The notes below the pieces were generated by a model. The model saw only the letters and a program-made list of their open reading frames with translations, was not told the origin of the DNA and did no database searches. Shown piece after piece: positions 1 through 6,669 of a stretch of DNA of 64,000 nt. A program made the position numbers and the translations under genes. Within the stretch, counting starts at the first letter, position 1; each line of letters starts with the position of its first letter. The stretch is from Azolla caroliniana (Eukaryota; Plantae; Polypodiophyta), in contig JBHGNT010000026.1 of assembly GCA_043228905.1 (NCBI GenBank), positions 310,001 to 374,000 on the forward strand, in the 5' to 3' direction.

Positions 1-1109
1 AATTACAATGTTCATACCTGCCTCGTGTGATATCGGTTTTTTGTGTTCAAACATGCGAATCGAAGCTAACAACGCTAGCTATGATATAGAATTGAAAAAA
101 ACAAGATTTTGAAACTCAGGTCGAGAGACATGACGAAATTACCAAATTTGAGGAGTGAGTTGAGAGGAGCTCTTGAGTAAATTAAAATGGTCATACCTAG
201 CGAGTGTGATATCGGATTTTTGTGTACAAACATGCGAATCGAAGCTAACAACGCTAGCTATGATATGGAATTAAAAAATCAAGATTTTGAAACTCAGGTC
301 GAGAGACATGACGAAATTTCCAAATTTGAGGAGGGAGTTGAGAAGAGCTAGTAGGTAAATTACAATGTTCATACCTGGTTCGTGTGATATCGGATTTTTG
401 TGTTCAAACATGCGAATCGAAGCTAACAACGCTAGCTATGATATGGAATTACAAAATCAAGATTTTGAAACTCAGGTCGAGAGACATGACGAAATTACCA
501 AATTTGAGGAGCGAGTTAAGAAGAGCTATTAGGTAAATTACAATGTTCATACCTGGCTTGTGTGATATCGGTTTTTTGTGTTCAAACATGCGAATCGAAG
601 CTAACAACGCTAGCTATGATATGGAATTAAAAAATCAAGATTTTGAAACTCAGGTCGAGAGACATGACGAAATTAGCAACCTTGACCAGGGAGTTGAGAG
701 GAGCCCTTGAGTAAATAAAAATGTTCATACCTAGCTCGTGTTATATCGGATTTTTGTGTTCAAACATGCGAATCGAAGCTAACAACGCTAGCTATGATAT
801 GGAATTAAAAAATCAAGATTTTGAAACTCAGGTCGAGAGACATGAAGAAATTACCAAATTTGAGGAGTGAGGTTGGAAGAGCGCATGAGTGAATTAAAAT
901 GTTCATACCTGCCTCGTTTGATATCGGATTTTTGTGTTCAAACCTGCGAATCGAAGCTAACAACGCTAGGTATGATATGGAATTACAAAATCAAGATTTT
1001 GAAACTCCAGGCGAGAGAAATGACGAAATTACCAAATTTGAGGAGTGAGGTTGGAAGAGCGCGTGAGTGAATTAAAATGTTCATACCTGGCTCGTGTGAT
1101 ATCGGATTT
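1..1109. repeat. 178-bp satellite array, left segment (~6 monomers)
   Basis: The motif GTGATATCGG...GAATCGAAGCTAACAACGCTAGCTATGATATGG recurs every 178-179 bp (GATATC at 29, 208, 386). The array breaks at ...GATATCGGATTT (1109). Confidence 0.99.
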
Positions 1110-1308
1110 GTTTGTCTTTTGAATTAATACCTAATGACTAGCCTTCTCTCCCTTTCTCATTATAGTTTTAGATATTTTAGTTATATTTAAGTTTTAATCC
1201 TTATAGTAATTTAAGTTATGAAGGTTTAATCTCTCTCTCATGCTCTCTAAGCCGTGCACCGATGATACACCATGCGCACTCCTTGTCGACGATCGTATGA
1301 TCAACACA
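1106..1308 (+). repeat. 5' terminal direct repeat (pseudo-LTR), 203 bp
   Basis: ATTTGTTTGTCTTTTGAATT...CGTATGATCAACACA is identical by eye to 3623-3825. The first 4 bp (ATTT) are shared with the flanking satellite. Confidence 0.97.
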
Positions 1309-1337
1309 ACTTAGGATCCCGCATTTTCTATGGAGGC

Positions 1338-1429
1338 CCACGTATCGGGGATAGGCACCCACGGCGAGATAGCATCGTCAACCACCGAGCCCTCGTTCGT
1401 GTCGAGTGCCCCCACAAAACGTTACGTGG
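1338..1429 (+). other. Predicted nested stem-loop (structured RNA island)
   Basis: Nested complementary pairs: CCACGTA 1338-1344/TACGTGG 1423-1429, GGCAC 1354-1358/GTGCC 1406-1410, CACG 1360-1363/CGTG 1398-1401, GCGAG 1364-1368/CTCGT 1392-1396. Folded by eye only. Confidence 0.55.
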
Positions 1430-1538
1430 CAATGCAATGGCGTCATCAAGTTGTCTCTCATATCCTCTCACATAACAAGCTCTCAACACCCCACCTTACT
1501 TTTCGCACATCATTATGTTGCACACCATTATGTTGTAA

Positions 1539-1627
1539 GCATGGGACTACATTCGGTAGCCATGCATTTCCCATTTCTTATCTCTTTTTCATTGTATATG
1601 TCCGGGACTACATTCGATAGCCGACAT
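1539..1627 (+). other. Twin hairpins sharing the core GGGACTACATTCGRTAGCC
   Basis: Copy 1 (1539-1565): GCATGG-GA-CTAC-[ATTCG]-GTAG-CCATGC. Copy 2 (1598-1627): ATGTC-C-GG-GA-CTA-[CATTCGA]-TAG-CC-GACAT. The outer stems differ in sequence but both pair. Confidence 0.7.
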
Positions 1628-1722
1628 TATTTTCATTTTGTATCTCAAACCCTAAAATTGCCAATCACGATGCTCGTCACCCACATCCCTACATATGCAC
1701 TCACTCCGTGTTAGATTTTTCA

Positions 1723-1950
1723 TATTTTTAGCCCTACCCCTCCCGTACTTTCACCTATTTTTAGCCCTACCCTTCCCGTACTTTCACCTATTTTGAGCCC
1801 TACCATTCCCCCCTACTTTCTTCTATTTTCAACCCTACCCCTCCATACTTTTTCCTATTTCCAGTCCTACCCTTCCTACTTTCTAGTAATTTCAACCCTA
1901 CACCTTCCCCTACTTTTTCATATTTTGACTCATATCTCTCTCCTACACTT
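1723..1950. repeat. Degenerate ~33-bp minisatellite (about 7 units) containing CCCTACC
   Basis: Units start at 1723, 1756, 1789, 1824, 1856, 1887 and 1921. Consensus is about TATTTTTAGCCCTACCCTTCCCGTACTTTCACC. Confidence 0.9.
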
Positions 1951-2222
1951 TTATTAAAAACCTAATCTTTAGATTATATTTACCCACCACCCCTCTCCTC
2001 CATTTCTATATAGTTTAACTTTGGCCCTCCCCTTAACTCTTCTTTTAGTAGCTTTTCAATGCAACCTCGATTTCCTTTTATTTGTAGTTTTTACCCTCAC
2101 CCATGTTTCACCATTTTTTTTATTTTTTTATCTCCTACCCCTCCCTCTTCTCTCTCCATAACACTCTTCTCCTTTTTCATTCCCCTCTCTCTTTGACTTC
2201 TTGGTTCCCCCATATATTTCTT

Positions 2223-2359
2223 CTCTCTCTCTCTCTATTTCCTATTTTCATATCCTCTTTTGTCTCTCTCTCTCTCTCTTCCTCTATCTTTCTTACTTTT
2301 ATATCTTGTTTCCTCTCTCTCTCTCTCTCTTCCTCTATCTTTCTTACTTTTATATCTTG

Positions 2360-2398
<39 letters not shown>
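2223..2398. repeat. (CT)n microsatellite cluster including a 51-bp tandem duplication
   Basis: CCTCTATCTTTCTTACTTTTATATCTTGTTTCC occurs at 2281 and 2332, separated by (CT)n runs. Further (CT)n runs lie near 3124-3150 and 3595-3607. Confidence 0.93.
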
Positions 2399-2401
<3 letters not shown>

Positions 2402-2465
2402 CCTCTCTCCCTCCCTTTACTTTTATATTACCACCCTACCCTAAACCTTAACCCTCCCTAGCTCA

Positions 2466-2512
2466 CACCAAGTGTATCAAACGGTTTGGGTGCGCTCAAA
2501 TCGTTCTTGGTG
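2466..2512 (+). other. Bulged stem-loop: 7-bp lower stem, 7-nt bulge, 11-bp upper stem, 4-nt loop
   Basis: CACCAAG 2466-2472/CTTGGTG 2506-2512; bulge TGTATCA 2473-2479; AACGGTTTGGG 2480-2490/CTCAAATCGTT 2495-2505 with two G-U pairs; loop TGCG. Confidence 0.75.
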
Positions 2513-3123
2513 AACTTTTCACTTCACCCCCACTTTGTAAATTTATCGCCGTACCCCTCCCTCACCTTCCTAAATTACTTTTCCTAAATTACCCTTAATT
2601 ACCCTCCTACCCTTCCCCCTCACTTTCTCAAATTTACCTTTCTACCCCTCCTCCCACTTTTTCCTATTACCACTCTACCCCTCCCCCAAACACCCCCCCT
2701 CATTTCTTAAAAACTAAACACCCTACCCCCACCCCTCCTCTCTATAAATCTTTTCCTCTCTCACACTTAAGCTATCACTTCTCCCTCTCTTAGTTTTCCT
2801 TCTCTCTCAAAATCTTTTCTTATCCTATTTTATCCACCTTTCCATTTTTGTTTTTCTACCCTCACCCATGTTCTACTTTTTCTTACTCTACCCCTCCCCA
2901 TCCTCTTCCTAAATCTATAACCTTCCCCCTTTTTCTTTTTCCTCTTTTTTTCCCCACACTTGTCTCTCTCCCCTACCTCTCTCCTATTTCCTTTCTCTTT
3001 CTTGCTTTGTCTAGTTTACACGTGCATCTCTCTCCTCTCTCTACCCTCTTTCTCTCTCATACTTTTCTCACGTTTTCCCACCCTTGATCCTCGTAGATCT
3101 ACTCACTCCTCTTATGTCTACTC

Positions 3124-3156
<33 letters not shown>

Positions 3157-3419
3157 CCTTCCCTTCTCATCATCTCACTGATTTTCCTTATTTCCCCCTC
3201 AATCTTGACTCCCCTTTTAATATTTCCCCTCTTTTTACATTTCATATCCTAACTCTCTCTTCTCTTATTCCTCCTTAACATTATAACCTCTTTTTTCTTC
3301 TACCAAAACCTCCCCCTTGTCACATTAAAGCTCATAGTATCTTTTTCCTTCTTCTCCAAATCTTCCCCTTTCCAAATCATATCCATAAGCACACACCCCC
3401 ACTCCCTATTGTCATTTCT

Positions 3420-3465
3420 CTAAACCCTCTCCTAAAACTCCTTATATAAACCTATCCAACCCTAA
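3420..3465 (+). repeat. Degenerate telomere-like C-strand motifs directly 5' of the ribozyme
   Basis: CTAAACCCT 3420-3428, CCTAAAA 3431-3437, TAAACCTA 3447-3454, AACCCTAA 3458-3465. They are short and lie in C/A/T-rich context. Confidence 0.4.
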
Positions 3466-3523
3466 TGGTCATTTTAGCACTGATGAGCCCCATAGTGGGC
3501 GAAACTAGTTTGCTCATGACCAT
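3465..3523 (+). ncRNA. Type I hammerhead ribozyme with minimal palindromic stem III
   Basis: Stem I: ATGGTCAT 3465-3472/ATGACCAT 3516-3523 plus AGCA 3476-3479/TGCT 3511-3514. Core CTGATGA 3480-3486. Stem II: GCCC 3487-3490/GGGC 3497-3500 with loop CATAGT. GAAA 3501-3504. Stem III lies within the palindrome AACTAGTT 3503-3510. The cleavage triplet is GUU, with the predicted cut after 3510. Confidence 0.92.
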
Positions 3524-3622
3524 ATCCCCATGTAATTTCTTTTCTTTCCTAATCTTAATGATAATTAGTAGTAGCTTTGCTCTTAATCACTCACTCTCTC
3601 TCTCTCTTAACATGTTAGTAAC

Positions 3623-3825
3623 ATTTGTTTGTCTTTTGAATTAATACCTAATGACTAGCCTTCTCTCCCTTTCTCATTATAGTTTTAGATATTTTAGTTA
3701 TATTTAAGTTTTAATCCTTATAGTAATTTAAGTTATGAAGGTTTAATCTCTCTCTCATGCTCTCTAAGCCGTGCACCGATGATACACCATGCGCACTCCT
3801 TGTCGACGATCGTATGATCAACACA
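3623..3825 (+). repeat. 3' terminal direct repeat (pseudo-LTR), 203 bp
   Basis: Identical to 1106-1308. The satellite resumes at 3826 with GATTTTAAAACTAAGGTCGAGAGAC. Confidence 0.97.
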
Positions 3826-6669
3826 GATTTTAAAACTAAGGTCGAGAGACATGACGAAATTAGCAAATTTGAGGAGTGAGTTGAGAGGAGCCCTTGAGTA
3901 AATTAAAATGGTCATACCTAGCGAGTGTGATATCGGATTTTTGTGTTCAAACATGCGAATCGAAGCTAACAACGCTAGCTATGATATGGAATTTAAAAAT
4001 CAAGATTTTGAAACTCAGGTCGAGAGACATGACGAAATTACCAAATTTGAGGAGCGAGTTAAGAAGAGCTATTAGGTAAATTACAATGTTCATACCTGGC
4101 TCGTGTAATATCGGATTTTTGTGTTCAAACATGCGAATCGAAGCTAACAACGCTAGCTATGATATGGACTTAAAAAATCAAGATTTTGAAACTCCGGTCG
4201 AGAGACATGACGAAATTAGCAAATTTGACGAGGGAGTTGAGAGGGGCCCTTGAGTAAATTAAAATGTTCATACCTAGCGAGTGTGATATCGGATTTTTGT
4301 GTTCAAACATGCGAATCAAACCTAACAACGCTAGCTATGATATAGAATTAAAAAAGCAAGACTTTGAAACTCAGGTCGAGAGACATGACGAAATTAGCAA
4401 ATTTGAGGAGTGAGTTGAGAGGAGCCCTTGAGTAAATTAAAATGGTCATACCTAGCGAGTGTGATATCGGATTTTTGTGTACAAACATGCGAATCGAAGC
4501 TAACAACGCTAGCTATGATATGGAATTAAAAAATCAAGATTTTGAAACTCAGGTCGAGAGACATGACGAAATTTCCAAATTTGAGGAGCGAGTTAAGAAG
4601 AGCTATTAGGTAAATTACAATGTTCATACCTCAAACATGCGAATCGAAGCTAACAACGCTAGCTATGATATGGACTTAAAAAATCAAGATTTTGAAACTC
4701 AGGTCGAGAGACATGACGAAATTACCAAATTTGAGAAGTGAGTTGAGAGGAGCCCTTGAGTAAATTAAAATGGTCATACCTACCGAGTGTGATATCGGAT
4801 TTTTCTGTACAAACATGCGAATCGAAGCTAACAACGCTAGCTATGATATGGAATTGAAAAATCAAGATTTTGAAACTCAGGTCGAGAGTCATGACGAAAT
4901 TAGCAAATTTGAGGAGTGAGTTGAGAGGAGCCCTTGAGTAAATTAAAATGGTCATACCTAGCGAGTGTGATATCGGATTTTTGTGTACAAACATGCGAAT
5001 CGAAGCTAACAACGCTAGCTATGATATGGAATTAAAAAATCAAGATTTTGAAACTCAGGTCGAGAGACATGAAGAAATTACCAAATTTGAGGAGTGAGGT
5101 TGGAAGAGCGCGTGAGTGAATTAAAATGTTCATACCTGGCTCGTGTGATATCGGATTTTTGTGTTCAAACCTGCGAATCGAAGCTAACAGGTCGAGAGAC
5201 ATGACGAAATTAGAAACCTTGACGAGGGAGTTGAGAGGAGCCCTTGAGTAAATAAAAATGTTCATACCTGGCTCGTGTGATATCGGATTTTTGTGTTCAA
5301 ACATGCGAATCAAACCTAACAACGCTAGCTATGATATAGAATTAAAAAAGCAAGACTTTGAAACTCAGGTCGAGAGACATGACGAAATTAGCAAATTTGA
5401 GGAGTGAGTTGAGAGGAGCCCTTGAGTAAATTAAAATGGTCATACCTAGCGAGTGTGATATCGGATTTCTGTGTACAAACATGCGAATCGAAGCTAACAA
5501 CGCTAGCTATGATATGGAACTGAAAAATCAAGATTTTGAAACTCAGGTCGAGAGTCATGACGAAATTAGCAAATTTGAGGAGTGAGTTGAGAGGAGCCCT
5601 TGAGTAAATTAAAATGTTCATACATAGCGAGTGTGATATCGGATTTTTGTGTACAAACATGCGAATCGAAGCTAACAACGCTAGCTATGATATGGAATTA
5701 AAAAATCAAGATTTTGAAACTCAAGTCGAGAGACATGACGAAATTACCAAATTTGAGGAGGGGGTTGAGAGGGGCCCTTGAGTAAATTAAAATGTTCATA
5801 CCTAGCTCGTGTGATATCGGATTTTTGTGTTCAAACATGCGAATCTAACCTAACAACGCTAGCTATGATATAGAATTAAAAAAGCAAGATTTTGAAACTC
5901 AGGTCGAGAGTCATGACGAAATTAGCAAATTTGAGGAGTGAGTTGAGAGGAGCCCTTGAGTAAATTAAAATGGTCATACCTAGCGAGTGTGATATCGGAT
6001 TTTTGTGTACAAATATGCGAATCGAAGCTAACAACGCTAGCTATGATATGGAATTAAAAAATCAAGATTTTGAAACTCAGGTCGAGAGACATGAAGAAAT
6101 TAGCAAATTTGAGGAGTGAGGTTGGAAGAGCGCGTGAGTGAATTAAAATGTTCATACCTGGCTCGTGTGATATCGGATTTTTGTGTTCAAACCTGCGAAT
6201 CGAAGCTAACAACGCTAGCTATGATATGGAATTCAGAAATCAAGATTTTGAAACTCATGTCGAGAGGCATGACGAAATTAGCAAATTTGAGGAGTGAGTT
6301 GAGAGGAGCCCGTGAGTAAATTAAAATGTTCATACCTGGCTCGTGTGATATCGGATTTTTGTGTTCAAACATCCGAATCGAAGCTAACAACGCTAGCTAT
6401 GATATGGAATAAAAAAAACAAGATTTTGAAACTCAGGTCAAGAGACATGACGAAATTAGCAAATTTGAGGAGTGAGTTAAGAGGAGCCCTTGAGTAAATT
6501 AAAATGTTCATACATAGCGAGTGTGATATCGGATTTTTGTGTTCAAACATGCGAATCGAAGCTAACAACGCTAGCTATGATATGGAATTAAAAAATCAAG
6601 ATTTTGAAACATGCGAATCGAGAGACATGACGAAATTAGCAAATTTGAGGAGTGAGGTTGAGAGGAGCC

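Larger units (their letters stand above)
1106..3825 (+). mobile_element. Non-autonomous, non-coding, hammerhead-containing insertion with 203-bp terminal direct repeats (retrozyme-like or Penelope-like derivative)
   Basis: Non-satellite sequence with sharp junctions, identical terminal repeats offset by 2517 bp and a hammerhead ribozyme at 3465-3523. No credible ORF, PBS or PPT. The junctions show microhomology with loss of target sequence. The family assignment is inference. Confidence 0.8.

Noticed and set aside
1254-1319. Cloning-vector polylinker contamination (SalI, PvuI, BclI and BamHI sites)
   Set aside because: The order and spacing match no polylinker I recognise, and most of the cluster is part of the duplicated terminal repeat.
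1254-1450. Second or antisense hammerhead (CCGATGA at 1259; TCATCAA at 1443, reading UUGAUGA on the - strand)
   Set aside because: The cores are imperfect and no properly placed stem II or GAAA follows.
1272-3278. Short ORFs within the insertion
   Set aside because: They are overlapping or low-complexity (S/L/F/P-rich from CT repeats), with no RT, GIY-YIG, gag, integrase or transposase motifs.
3443-3450. TATATAAA as a promoter TATA box
   Set aside because: It is a common motif in AT-rich sequence, the implied start would fall inside the ribozyme, and there is no other support.
3464-3472. AATGGTCAT shared between ribozyme stem I and many satellite monomers
   Set aside because: A 9-bp match between a 2.5-kb unit and the monomer variants is expected by chance, and it is not at either junction.
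1109-3825. Canonical LTR retrotransposon, TRIM or LARD (200-bp TG...CA repeats with an apparent GATT TSD)
   Set aside because: There is no PBS or PPT on either strand, the repeat identity extends 3 bp beyond the TG, and the two GATT copies come from different monomer positions. Disfavoured but not fully excluded without other copies.
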